A DNA stretch of 63,894 nucleotides, filler included, from Octopus bimaculoides (Eukaryota), in NCBI RefSeq assembly GCF_001194135.2. It is 6 parts of 6 records of this genome, joined end to end, with 100 filler letters (N's around TTAATTAATTAA, not from the genome) between each part and the next. Parts side by side here need not be neighbours in the genome. Positions count along the whole stretch, not along the records: positions 18,801 to 28,249 come from NC_068989.1; positions 28,350 to 56,598 come from NC_068984.1; 4 more parts are not named here. The stretch is one strand, 5' to 3'. Position numbers and translations under genes: made by a program. Shown piece after piece: positions 27,201-39,637 of the stretch (position 1 is its first letter; each line of letters begins with the position of its first letter). Under the pieces are notes generated by a model. The model ran no database searches. It was not told the origin of the DNA and saw only the letters and a list, made by a program, of their open reading frames with translations.

Positions 27201-27660
27201 GTCACAACAACAATAATAACATTATTGGTGTAAACAATAGCCATAGTACTAATAATGTAATGAATATCACCTACAATAATATAAACCTCACACAGCTACT
27301 TAAAACATGTCATTGTAGAATCAGCAGAAATTGTGTATTCAATAATCGCTGCCTTAGAAAAGAAGTAGTGTATCAATGTATAGTAAGTACATAATATGAC
27401 AGTAATGTACATGTGGGAGCGACCAAAAACAATACAAAGCAGAGGCTGAATCAACACAAATATACTTTTAGAAATAGAAACAGGAGAAATAGTACAGGAT
27501 TAAGTGACTATATATAGGAACTAAAGGATGGGGGAATTAATTATGATTTGCATTGGAAAATATTAACAGCAGCACCAGCATATAATACTAGAAATAGAAA
27601 ATGTTTGTTATGTATTAATGAAATTTTCTTTATAATCAAAGCAAAACTTCCTGTCTTCAT
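24245..27660 (+). mobile_element. Penelope-like retroelement (RT plus C-terminal GIY-YIG; Neptune-like), decayed and interrupted
   Basis: HSDKTRNIY, LQIDIQNYYASI, TMGS, GLYRDDAL (RT). From 27302: KTCHCR..NCVFNNRCL..VVYQC..HVGAT..RLNQHKYTF..LSDYI..WKIL..KCLLC (Cys-rich linker plus GIY-YIG). Clade assignment is inferred. Confidence 0.9.
26322..27120 (+). mobile_element. 5'-truncated R4/Dong-like LINE nested in the Penelope-like element
   Basis: LKAETEGFLIAAQDQSL..CRICGDGQETINHIISGC (CCHC), then IPIIVGALD..IQKIALLGTAHILRKTL* (RLE end). (AAT)n on both sides. Confidence 0.92.
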
Positions 27661-27964
27661 AAAACTAAGTATACCTTCTCCAAATACCACTAGTACCAAA
27701 TTTTGAAACCCATCCTGACTAAATATTTGTTAATATTTATTGGTGTTGTTGTTGTTGTTGCACTATTATAGCATATAAATTTTTATATATACAGATGTAT
27801 AAATGAAAGTATATAGTAAGTTAGTTATGATTGTGTGCATGTATACGTCTATAGATGTGTGTAAGTATTACAATCGCTTTTTCTACGCATATCTGTACGT
27901 GTATGTATATGTGCACACACATGCATGTATGTGCGCACATGTGTATGCATGCTATGTATGTATG

Positions 27965-28014
<50 letters not shown>

Positions 28015-28349
28015 TTAGGGACAAAATCCAAAATTACAGGTAAAAAACTCAATTAAAATCAATTTATAAAAAATTAAAATTAAATTGAGCCTTATAGATA
28101 AAGTATATATAAAATATATATAGTTTTAGGGAAAATAACCAATTTTCAAGAACTCATCGATGAAAATCCACTATCACATATAGAAAACTTAATAATTAAA
28201 AGCACAATAAATGAGTATAATATAAAGTAAAGTAAATATCATAAGATAANNNNNNNNNNNNNNNNNNNNNNNNNNNNNNNNNNNNNNNNNNNNTTAATTA
28301 ATTAANNNNNNNNNNNNNNNNNNNNNNNNNNNNNNNNNNNNNNNNNNNN

Positions 28350-28444
<95 letters not shown>

Positions 28445-28891
28445 ATTGATAGATAGGCAGATAGATAGATAGATGCGTATGCGTGTGTTTATGTGTACGT
28501 GTGTGCACGCGCGCGTGTGTGTGTATATATAGTATATATATATATACACATACACACACAAGTAAATGAAACCATAGCTGTCATCTCACTACTGTATTCG
28601 CCTCAAATTAGTGGCATTTTAAAAATAATTAAATGTACAAAACATTGCTCTACCTCGAATGCATCAGTATTACGAATGAGAGACGGGGTCTTATAGGAAG
28701 CTGAATAATTGTTACTAATAATAAAATAATGAAAACAAGCCGAAATATCACTGTCTATTTCGTCACAATTAAGAAGAATTACTTAGGTTGGCGGCTGTGC
28801 CTAGAGGTCACTTCGTCTCATTATACCAGTCCCCACCGTACATTACCGACACGTGACATTATTTAATGATTGTGTTATTTCTACTTTTTAA

Positions 28892-29253
28892 GTTTTACTT
28901 GTTGCAGTTATTGGGCAGCAGCCATGTTGGGGGCATAGCCCTGAAGGGTTTGGTCGAACAAATCAACCCGCGTCATTAATCGTAAGTCTGGCACTTATTT
29001 TGTCGGAATCTTTTGCTAAATTACGGAACATAAGCAAAACAACAGCGGTTGTCAAGCGGTGAGGAAGGATAAACACAACACCGCACACACATGTCTGTGA
29101 CGGGCTTCTTTTCAATTTCCGTCTTCCACATCCACTCACAAGGATTTGGTCGGCCAAGAGCTATAGAAGATATTCGTCCAAGCTGCTGCGCAGTAGGACC
29201 GAATGCAAGATCACTTAGTTGGAAAGTAAGCTTCTTTATCACCCAGCCACGCC
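28892..29253 (-). mobile_element. SINE family B
   Basis: Reverse-complement match from the ggcgtggctg head to the aacaagtaaaa tail. Confidence 0.8.
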
Positions 29254-30629
29254 TACACCAATAGAAATACTTTTTTAATTATCTAAATGAAAATTCTATT
29301 CCATATTATGAAAAGAATGTTAAACTTTCATCCGCCTGTCAGCTATTTGCACATGCAGCTGACAATACAATCATAGCAGTTATGCAACACCGTGGCGGCC
29401 GGTGGCAATAGCACAAAACATCATAGTCAAAAATGAGAGTATTACTTCCTGTTTGGCAATTCTCTTGGCCAAAAGATGAACAACTACGCAGATGATATGG
29501 AAAAAGATAAAATTGAAATACTGTACTCGTATAACGCAATTTATGCATGATAAATTTATGGTTTCATACTTTATTCCATAATACCGTCTATTGTATCTAC
29601 GTGCACAGACTCGTACATTTCCCCTTCAAGACCACCTTATAAAATCTTACAATAAGTGTTTGCGGACATAATAGATTTGGATTATTTCCACACAATATTC
29701 TTGTGGAAGTGGTGCATCATATGCGCCAATGCTTCTTGTACGCCGGCAAAGACGGCAGTTAAGGAAAACTAATAAAATAGTTTCGTTAATTATTTTAGTT
29801 GCAGAAGTAATTGACAAGCAACCATAGACACGCTGTCAGCCCAACCATGTATGATCCAGAGAAATATCGCGGATGTGGCATCTGGCCACATTCAGTAGAA
29901 GTAGAACAGAGGTTAGTTGAGGCAGGTTGAGACAAGGTATCTTACTCAAAGGAACAACGCACAATCCGGTCCATGAATCGAACGCACTACTAGCCCATAT
30001 TGTCATCTCGTACATATACAGACATACCAATACGTGTAACTATGTGAACATATATATATGATTATGCACATATATATCCATTTATGTATGTGTTGCAGCC
30101 ACTTTGTTTACTATGGAGGCTGTAAAACGCCGCTGTCTCTCTTTTATTTATCTACTTTCAAATTTTCCCTGAAGAAGAACACTTTCCGAAGCGTTGGATT
30201 TTCCACTCCTTGCAGCAAGATTACTGCACGCTTCTTACCGATTTTGCTACATAATATAATTCAGGCCTACACAGACCAGCACCAGTCTTTTTGGTGTCTG
30301 ATCATATGGGTATAGATAAATTTTTTGCTTCATGAAAATGTAAAGGTCACCTTAGGATCAGCCTGAATGACCGATTGTGTTTTGTATTTTGTTTTTCGTT
30401 CTATCCATACTTGTCTTATGGTTTTATTTTATGTTTATCATTATCAGTGTGAAACATTATTTGATTCACTTGTTTATTTTTATATTTCTTTTTATATTTT
30501 TGATTCATTGTAAGTCTCTTTATTACTTATGTCAAATGTGTTCTTCATAACAACGCAGTTTCTCGTATAGACGAGTAGCGAAATACAACTACTGAAATGT
30601 ATTCTAATCAAAATAAGCGAAACGTGGTA

Positions 30630-30856
30630 CCTTTTACTTGTTTCAGTCGTTAGACAGTGGCCATGCTGGGGCACCGCCTTGAAGAACTTTTAGTCCAATG
30701 TATCGACCCCAGTACTTATTTCATTTTTATAAGCCTGCTACACATTCTATCGCTTCTTTTGCTGAAACGCTAGGTTACGGGTACATTAAATACACCAGCA
30801 CCGGTTATTAAGCGGTGGAGGGGGACAAACAGACACAAAAACACAAACATAGATAT

Positions 30857-30893
<37 letters not shown>

Positions 30894-31091
30894 NNNNNNN
30901 NNNNNNNNNNNNNNNNNNNNNNNNNNNNNNNNNNNNNNNNNNNNNNNNNNNNNNNNNNNNNNNNNNNNNNNNNNNNNNNNNNNNNNNNNNNNNNNNNNNN
31001 NNNNNNNNNNNNNNNNNNNNNNNNNNNNNNNNNNNNNNAGTTTCAGTCTACGAAATCCAAGTGGTTGGTAAGCAAGCTTCTTACCATGCGC
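30630..31091 (-). mobile_element. SINE family B spanning a gap
   Basis: Tail at 30630; head (gcttcttaccatgcg) at about 31090. Confidence 0.7.
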
Positions 31092-31167
31092 ATATGTAAG
31101 TATACATGTGTATGTACGTGTGCATGCTTATATGTATCTATTTATCTCTATCTAACACTCACACACA

Positions 31168-31204
<37 letters not shown>

Positions 31205-31436
31205 CACAGCACACAACACAGCACACAACACACACATACACACACGCACACACACACACACACACACGTCAGTTCTCACTTGCTGAGTCCAATCGCTAGT
31301 CCATTGCACACATGTAAGTATACATGTGTATGTATGTGTTCATGCTTATATGTATCTATTTATCTCTCCCTATCTACACACTCACACACACAAGTACACA
31401 CACGCACACAACACAACGCACAACACGCGCACACAC

Positions 31437-31489
<53 letters not shown>

Positions 31490-31527
31490 CTTCTTACTTG
31501 CTGGGTCCAATCGCTGGTCCATTGCAA
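31091..31527. repeat. Diverged tandem duplication, two units of about 220 bp each containing (CA)n
   Basis: catgtaagtatacatgtgtatgt...cacacacgtca.ttct.acttgctg.gtccaatcgct.gtccattgca occurs twice (about 31091 and 31311). Confidence 0.85.
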
Positions 31528-31991
31528 ACTTTCATTATGAGCTTTGCTCGCCTTCGTAAACATCAACGCATTGTTTTCACACATTTCAAAATCGATCTTG
31601 GAGCAACCGTACATATTGCTTGGGATCTGGAAAGTCATGGCGGAAAAACAAGTGCTATGCAGTTACTGAGTAACCTTCAAATTATAACGCTGAACCATTT
31701 AAATTTTTTCTTCCTCTAGTACCTTACTTATGTGATGACTTTCCGTTGAAGGTATCTCTAGGGAAGTTAACTAATGATACTTTTAGTACAGACCGTGAAC
31801 ATGGAATCTCAAAGACTTCTAGTTTGCATCTATCTTTATATACACATGTGTGCGCGTGTTTATAATGCATATATACTGTATGTACAATGCTTATATATAT
31901 ATATATATATATAGTCCGACTGCGCGGCATCTCGGGCCGACCAAAGCCATGTCTGTGGATTTGGTAGAATGAAACTGAAAGAAACCCGTAG

Positions 31992-32031
<40 letters not shown>

Positions 32032-32299
32032 TTAATCATATCAAAGGAAAATGGAAATTAATAAAATTTTCACCTCCACGTGGCCTTGCGTATAAAAGGT
32101 TAGTCCAAAGACTATGAATTACTCATAAGGTACAGTGTATATTTAAATACATAAGAGGAATCTACTCATGGGATTCCTTACGCTAGAAAGAACTGCTAAG
32201 TTCTAGAACCACAAAATTAGGGATAAAATCCCGAAAGGAACGAAATGAAAAATAAAAACTTTTACCATCTCTTTTCTGGTGGTGCAGACAACAAACACA

Positions 32300-32830
32300 G
32301 GGCGGCCATAAAGTCACGCACCATCCTGCAATATGTGAAATTGTTAACATTCTCTTCTTTTATCGGCATTTGGTACAATCAAGTAATTCGACCATTTTAT
32401 TTTGAGGGCTCTGTGACAAGTGATTCGTATCTGGACATGATTGGACACAAGATGATGCCTTACGTGCATTCACTTGGAAGGGGAAATCCTGTCTGGTTTC
32501 AGCAAGATGGGGCTCCGCGCCCCATTATGCATTACATTTTCTGAATGAACATTTTCCAGGAGATGGCTCGGGCGTCGCTGGCCAATTGAATGGGCACCAC
32601 GGTCACCAGATTTAACTCCCATGGACTTTTTCTTCTGAGGCTACATTAAATCCCTTGTGTATTCTGAAAAGATTCTTGATCAAGGACATCTTCAGAGAAT
32701 TGTTGAAGCGTGTAAACAAGTCAACGGCAAGGGAAAGCTATTTGAGAGGGTTCATCACAATTTTAAATTCAGTATCAACACTTGTTTAGAGCTACATGGC
32801 TAACATATTGAAAATTTATAATGGATTATC
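32300..32830 (+). mobile_element. rosa-like (DD41D-type) transposase 3' fragment
   Basis: PFYFEGSVTSDSYLDM..WFQQDGAP..WLGRRWPIEWAPRSPDLTPMDFFF*GYIKSLVY. TIR-like cagggcggccataaagt fused upstream (internal deletion). Confidence 0.8.
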
Positions 32831-32871
32831 TACTTCATTGCTAATGAAGCATACTTTCTGTCTATCTATCG

Positions 32872-32917
<46 letters not shown>

Positions 32918-32939
32918 GCAATTCTTTCTTTTAATATTT

Positions 32940-33168
32940 TATTTGTTTCTGTCATTTGACTGCAACCATGCTGGAGCACCGCCTTTAGTGGATGAAATCG
33001 ACACCGGGACTTATTCTTTGTAAGCCTTGTACTCTTTTGCCGAGCTGGTAAGTTACGGTGTAAGTAAGCACACCAACATCGACTGTCAAGTGATGAAGGA
33101 GGGAGAACAAACACAGACACACAATTACATACATACATACACACGCATGTATGTATATATATATATAT
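32940..33168 (-). mobile_element. SINE family B, 3' half
   Basis: tcatttgactgcaaccatgctggagcaccgcc...ttattctttgtaagcc, reverse match to the family tail. Confidence 0.8.
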
Positions 33169-34177
33169 NNNNNNNNNNNNNNNNNNNNNNNNNNNNNNNN
33201 NNNNNNNNNNNNNNNNNNNNNNNNNNNNNNNNNNNNNNNNNNNNNNNNNNNNNNNNNNNNNNNNNNNNNNNNNNNNNNNNNNNNNNNNNNNNNNNNNNNN
33301 NNNNNNNNNNNNNNNNNNNNNNNNNNNNNNNNNNNNNNNNNNNNNNNNNNNNNNNNNNNNNNNNNNNNNNNNNNNNNNNNNNNNNNNNNNNNNNNNNNNN
33401 NNNNNNNNNNNNNNNNNNNNNNNNNNNNNNNNNNNNNNNNNNNNNNNNNNNNNNNNNNNNNNNNNNNNNNNNNNNNNNNNNNNNNNNNNNNNNNNNNNNN
33501 NNNNNNNNNNNNNNNNNNNNNNNNNNNNNNNNNNNNNNNNNNNNNNNNNNNNNNNNNNNNNNNNNNNNNNNNNNNNNNNNNNNNNNNNNNNNNNNNNNNN
33601 NNNNNNNNNNNNNNNNNNNNNNNNNNNNNNNNNNNNNNNNNNNNNNNNNNNNNNNNNNNNNNNNNNNNNNNNNNNNNNNNNNNNNNNNNNNNNNNNNNNN
33701 NNNNNNNNNNNNNNNNNNNNNNNNNNNNNNNNNNNNNNNNNNNNNNNNNNNNNNNNNNNNNNNNNNNNNNNNNNNNNNNNNNNNNNNNNNNNNNNNNNNN
33801 NNNNNNNNNNNNNNNNNNNNNNNNNNNNNNNNNNNNNNNNNNNNNNNNNNNNNNNNNNNNNNNNNNNNNNNNNNNNNNNNNNNNNNNNNNNNNNNNNNNN
33901 NNNNNNNNNNNNNNNNNNNNNNNNNNNNNNNNNNNNNNNNNNNNNNNNNNNNNNNNNNNNNNNNNNNNNNNNNNNNNNNNNNNNNNNNNNNNNNNNNNNN
34001 NNNNNNNNNNNNNNNNNNNNNNNNNNNNNNNNNNNNNNNNNNNNNNNNNNNNNNNNNNNNNNNNNNNNNNNNNNNNNNNNNNNNNNNNNNNNNNNNNNNN
34101 NNNNNNNNNNNNNNNNNGTTCTGAAAAACACAGAAACAATTACACAGCCTAACACAACTACATTCTAACATATATTA

Positions 34178-34292
34178 CACGTGCCGAAGCGACTGCACGT
34201 GCGTGCGCATTTCTACATGCACGAAAGCAAGATCGACCAAATGATTGAGAGAGTAAGGGAGAGAAGAGAGAGCGAGAGAGAGAGAGAGAGCG

Positions 34293-34324
<32 letters not shown>

Positions 34325-34430
34325 AGATGTCAAAGAAAGAGGAAAAGGAAAGAAGGTGAATGATGCAGAGTGAGTTTTGTGTGGCTGTGATGACGTCATG
34401 AACTGTGATGCTGCGAACGGTTGCAGTTGT
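34178..34430 (+). promoter_or_regulatory. Candidate promoter of the GPCR: two E-boxes, (GA)n and a CRE palindrome
   Basis: CACGTG at 34178-34183 and 34196-34201; (GA)n at about 34260-34320; ATGACGTCAT at 34390-34399; about 2.2 kb upstream of the CDS. Link to the GPCR is inferred. Confidence 0.4.
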
Positions 34431-36609
34431 TGAATGAGAACGAATGTTTTGCTTTTTGTTTTTACTACTTGTAACAGTCGTAGTAGTGGAAAGAACCGTA
34501 CTACTGACGAATCGATCTCTCTCATCATGGTGCTACTGGTCTTGGAGCTGCTGCTGCTGCTAGTGTTGGTGGTAGTGACAGTGGTGATGCGGGTTGGGGC
34601 GTTAGCATTGCTGAAGCTGATGAACATATTGATACTGCTGATGTTGAGTGTGGTGGCGGAAGGAAGGAAGAATATGTTGCTGATTTTCAAGAAATATTGA
34701 AGAAACTGCTAAGAAGTGTCAATATAAAAGTAGCAGAGGTAGATTATATATCAATAGCTCCAAAGTATTGAACAACTATAATACAAACAACACAAACAAG
34801 AACTTTAGTCATAAATGAAATCAAGGATTTTTTCCAGTCTCACTTGAAAATTTAACAAAACAAAACCTAAAAAAAGTGATGGGCAAACTCAAGGAATACA
34901 CAAAAATACGAGAATTCCTAATAATGCCTTGATTTGAATTTTTGTATAGAATTTGTTCACCAATAATTTCGATATCTAAAAGGAGAAACGAGGAAGAATT
35001 TAAAATCTTTTTTCTTTTTTTATATTCACAGCATTTTACGGAATGGAAAACTTTAAAGCTTTGAAACTTTGATAATTTCAAGTAAAAAAAATATTATGAA
35101 TTCCAAAACATAACTTTCTGATTAATGTTTGCATACACTTGTGTCTTTCATTCAATGTTGCAGTAAAAAGAAAAAGAGTTAACGCATAGCCTGAAAGTTT
35201 GTACCTGAAGTAAAAAACAAAAAACAAACAAACAAAAAAAACACACACAAAAAACCCCCCAAAACAAAACAAGAAGCTATTTCACTCGGAAACTTGATAA
35301 CTTTGATAATAGCGACGGAAATGTGTATGGAACAATAACTATTGCTTGTTTTGAAAGTATGCTAGATTCTCTTGTGTATATGTGTATATGTATATATGTA
35401 TATATGTAATATGACGAGTTATATATGTTCTAAAACTAGTTAAAATTGATTCCACGTCGTGTATTAACATTGACATGACAGTGTTGAGACTAACTGGTTT
35501 CACTACTAGTCTCTTATACAACATAGACATATGCAAATATACACTCCTTCAGCGAATTCTATCTGAATTATGCGAAAAAAGTTGTTTTAATTTTCACGGG
35601 AAAAGAAGCCGAGCGGTTGGATTTTAATGAATAGCATCGTTACCAAATGGTTTATTATGGAATTGACCTTATGTTACCTCAAAAGTTGTTATGCCTCCAA
35701 AAAGTTTGTTCATGTTATTTTAACCAAAATGCTGGAGCTACCGAACATATTAAATCGCCAAAATACATGTTGTGTTACTGTTTGGAGAACAAAACAACCA
35801 ACGAAAGCTTTGCAATATAGAGGATTTAAAAATATAAATCAAAGCAAATGATATTCAAATGCTTTTGTTTTTCTTTAAATGATTATTTTAATTAATGTTA
35901 CCTCTTTTTGTATGAGGGTAACTCTTTATCAAAATAACTATACAACCTGTCCTCTAAATTGGGGGGCAAATGGGTCTTTTAGTTATCTCATTTACATTCT
36001 TCAAGTTAAGGCAGCATTGAAACAATCCAATTTCTCAAGTTAGAAAATGATTGTCAGGTTACAGGGTTCTACTTAGCAATCAATGCTAATTCTAAACAGC
36101 GAGTTAATCCAGAACAAAAAAGAAGTTAACCACTAAACCTTTCTTACCATATTCCATATTTCTTCACATATTTTAACATGATTTTGGAGTTTAGAGGTCT
36201 GTGTTGACTTTAGATTTGTACTCGTCTCACTCTTAATGTTTTGATGTACTCCCCTTTCATATCCATCTAATGGTAGCTTTCTTTCTCCCACAAAATTTTA
36301 AAATTACAATAATTAATATTTAAGGACGCTGAATCAATTATAAACAATCAGACATCAAATTGTTACTATACCTCATCGATTATTTCTTCCTTGTATACCT
36401 TTAATAAATAGCATAAAGTTAATTATGAAGACCCTCAACCCCCAAACAAATTCATTAGTTAAAAATTAAATGTAAACGTTTCGTGTTATAATTTGACACT
36501 TTTTTTTTTTTTAGATATTAATTGTACGATTCTTTATTTAAAAGTTGACAGGATGAAATTGGGAGCCATCAGAGTTTGATAATTGAAAAAAAAGCATGGT
36601 ACAAGAAAA

Positions 36610-37677
36610 ATGATTTTTATAGAAATCAATATGAGTTTTATTAATACAAGTTGGGTTTCTTGCAACGAGAGCGGGAAAATACAATCTTCATGCGAAGAAA
36701 GTTATGAGAACCATATGTATAGAAACTTTTATGATGTTACTCAAATGATAACCGGACTGGTACTCTATCCGAGCACGTGTGCTCTCGGTCTAATTGGAAA
36801 TATTTTATGTTTAATTGTTTTCAGCTTAAAAACCATGAGGACGTCGACTAACATCTACCTACAAGCACTTGCCGTAGCTGATACAATTAAGCTTGTAACG
36901 GATTTTCTTTACTTCGTTGTCGTCCTTCTCCTTCGAACTGACAAAAGGCAAGGGATTAAATTGCATGGATGTCTGTATCCTTATGCTCATTACTTGTTCA
37001 ATATGTCTTTGTGCATATCAGCTTGGCTGACTGTTGGTGTTTCGGTCGAAAGATTTATTTTTATATGTCAACCGTTCAGAGTAAAACGTTTTTGTACTGT
37101 TCGGCGCGCTATCAAAGTCAGTACAGTTACATTCATCCTAGGAACTCTTATTTCACTGCCCTACATGCTTCGCTATCGCACTAAATCAGAAATTGTTAAC
37201 GGAACGGTTCAAGTGTCAGGTATCAGTGTCACAGCACTTTGGAGCGAGAAGCAATTTGCTACCATATTCACTTGGGCACATGCACTCTTAAGGTCTGCCA
37301 TTCCTCTTGTATTGTTGGTTGGCCTTAATCTTTTAATTTGGAAAGGCTTGAAAAGACCAAGTACAATCAAGAAAAGTGCTCGCTTGAAATATAAAGCTAC
37401 ACTGACTTTAATATATGTAGTTGCTGTTTTCTGTATTTGTGTTACGCCTGATGCTATTCTTAGTACAGTGTTAGGTCTAGGTTATTACGAAGAGAATTAT
37501 CTTGCTCGCGGAGTACGCGAAATTACGGATTACCTTCTCCAAGTTAATTCTGCCGTCAACTTTGTTATATATTATTTTTCATGTACAGCCTTTCGTAATT
37601 CCATCAATTCCATATTGATGTGTTCCTACTTTTATAATCCTGTCAGACAACTATCGATAATGAATGAGGACTCTTAA
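36610..37677 (+). CDS. Class A (rhodopsin-like) GPCR, FMRFamide-receptor-like/orphan; intronless CDS of 355 aa (348 aa if the start is ATG 36631)
   Basis: Intact ORF with 7 hydrophobic segments: TM1 GN, TM2 LAVAD, TM3 ERF, TM4 ISLP, TM5 IP, TM6 FCICVTP, TM7 NSAVNFVIY. N-glycan sequons NTS, NES, NGT. Poly-T/AG acceptor at 36513-36514. The track start at 36583 is TTG; the first in-frame ATG is 36610. Confidence 0.95.
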   Translation: MIFIEINMSFINTSWVSCNESGKIQSSCEESYENHMYRNFYDVTQMITGLVLYPSTCALGLIGNILCLIVFSLKTMRTSTNIYLQALAVADTIKLVTDFLYFVVVLLLRTDKRQGIKLHGCLYPYAHYLFNMSLCISAWLTVGVSVERFIFICQPFRVKRFCTVRRAIKVSTVTFILGTLISLPYMLRYRTKSEIVNGTVQVSGISVTALWSEKQFATIFTWAHALLRSAIPLVLLVGLNLLIWKGLKRPSTIKKSARLKYKATLTLIYVVAVFCICVTPDAILSTVLGLGYYEENYLARGVREITDYLLQVNSAVNFVIYYFSCTAFRNSINSILMCSYFYNPVRQLSIMNEDS

Positions 37678-37831
37678 AAAAAAGTATGAAAAAATCCACA
37701 TCGCAAATCTTGTACGAAATAATCGTTCAGTTGAAGATTTCATCAAAAGGTAATGATTTTAAATTCCTTTTTTTCCTTTTTCCTTCCTTTCCTTCTTTCT
37801 TTCTTCATTTCTTGTATCTTTCTTGTTTCAC

Positions 37832-37906
<75 letters not shown>

Positions 37907-38969
37907 AATAGAGAGAGAGAAACACACACACGCATTAACTTTTACAAGAAAAAGGTTGGTTGTTTCTTTGAAGTTTCAGTTTGCTCGATCCCATCAGGCG
38001 AAAACTCGCTGCCACTGTCAAATTTTTCCTTGTAAAAAGTTAAATATGTACCTGACAAATAATTATTGAGTAATTTGTTCAGCTGGATGTTAAATGTTAT
38101 TTATGTATAACTTGACGTAAAAACAAACATCAATATGTGCATGTGTTTTATACATGTGTGGGTGTGCGCATGTGTATATGTGTATGTGTGCGTACATGTG
38201 TGTGTTTGTATGTGTGCGTGTGCGTGTGTATGCACATATGTGTTTTGTATTTATGTCCGTAGAACTGTTGGTGGCTTTGTTGTTTCTTACCTAATAGCAG
38301 TTTCTCTTATGAAACTAATGCTACGAATGAAGTACACTACATCTTATATGAACCATAAAACATCATTATTACTGCAGTTAAATTAAATTCTGATTTGTAT
38401 TAAATAAATTTAATTTTTATTCGGATGTTTTCATATGGGTCTGATGTGTGAGAATAAATAATTCGGGTGTTAGTATTCCGATATATTTTATCTTTTATTT
38501 GTCTCTATCATTGGCTGCAGCCAAGCTGGGGCACTTCTTTAAAGGGTTTGGTCGAATAAGTCAGCCCCAGTAATAATTTTTTTAAAGCCTGATACTTATT
38601 CTATCGACCGTATTTTCTTTTTTTTTTTGCCGAAGCACTATGTTATGTAGACGTAAACAAACCAACACAATTTGTAAAGCGGTGAGGGGAGAGGAAATAT
38701 CTATCTATCTAGCTATCTATCGATTTCTCTCTCTCTCTCTCTTTACACACACCCATACACACACATTTGGTATATATCAAACTGCTTACGATACACCTAC
38801 ACCTGTGGAAATATATACTGTAAGTGCTTGTAGGCGTTCATATTTAGGTAAACACCAATATACACACTTATGAATTAATACATATATGTATATGAAATAA
38901 GTTTTAAATATATTATATAATATGATATAGTATAATATAATATAACATAACACAATCCTTCGCCTTTTA

Positions 38970-39246
38970 TCTTTTACTTGTTTCAGTCATTGGAGTTCGG
39001 TCAGTGCTGGGACACCACCTAGAAGGGTATTGTTGAATAAATTGACCCAGTAATCATTATTTTTTTCTCAGCCTGGTACTTATTTCATCGGTCTCTTATT
39101 GCCGAGCAGCTAATGTACGAGGACATGAACAAACCACCACCGATTATCAATATATGTGTATGCGTGTGTATGTGTGTGTATGTGTGTGTGTGTATGTGTG
39201 TGTGTGTGTGTGTATGTGTGCGTGTGTTTGTATGTATATATATATG

Positions 39247-39279
<33 letters not shown>

Positions 39280-39485
39280 ATGAGTATATATGTATGTATA
39301 TATATATATATGTATGTATGTGTGTGTATGTATGTGTGCGTGGGTGTGAGTACGAAGGGGCTTTCTTTAGTTTCTGTCAACCAAATCCACTAACAAGGCT
39401 TTGATCGGCCCAGAGTCAACACTTGCCCGAGACTCCATGCAACTGGACTGAACTCGGAGGCATATGGTTGGAAAGTAAACAATCT
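38970..39485 (-). mobile_element. SINE family B (further copies at about 38495-38760 -, 39965-40105 +, 41722-41915 +, 31920-32000 +)
   Basis: Reverse match to the family tail and head, with an expanded internal (TG)/(TA) tract. Confidence 0.75.
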
Positions 39486-39488
39486 TAT

Positions 39489-39528
<40 letters not shown>

Positions 39529-39599
39529 TATTAATTTTTGCTCCTATGTCAAATAGACAGGTAGATAAATAGATAGATAATTATATGTGTATGTGTGTG

Positions 39600-39637
<38 letters not shown>

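Noticed and set aside
28020-28249. Possible hammerhead in AT-rich repeat ends (here and 32030-32290)
   Set aside because: CUGANGA/GAAA core and stems could not be assembled.
36969-37184. 71-aa alternative-frame ORF inside the GPCR
   Set aside because: Short, out of frame, no motif; expected by chance.
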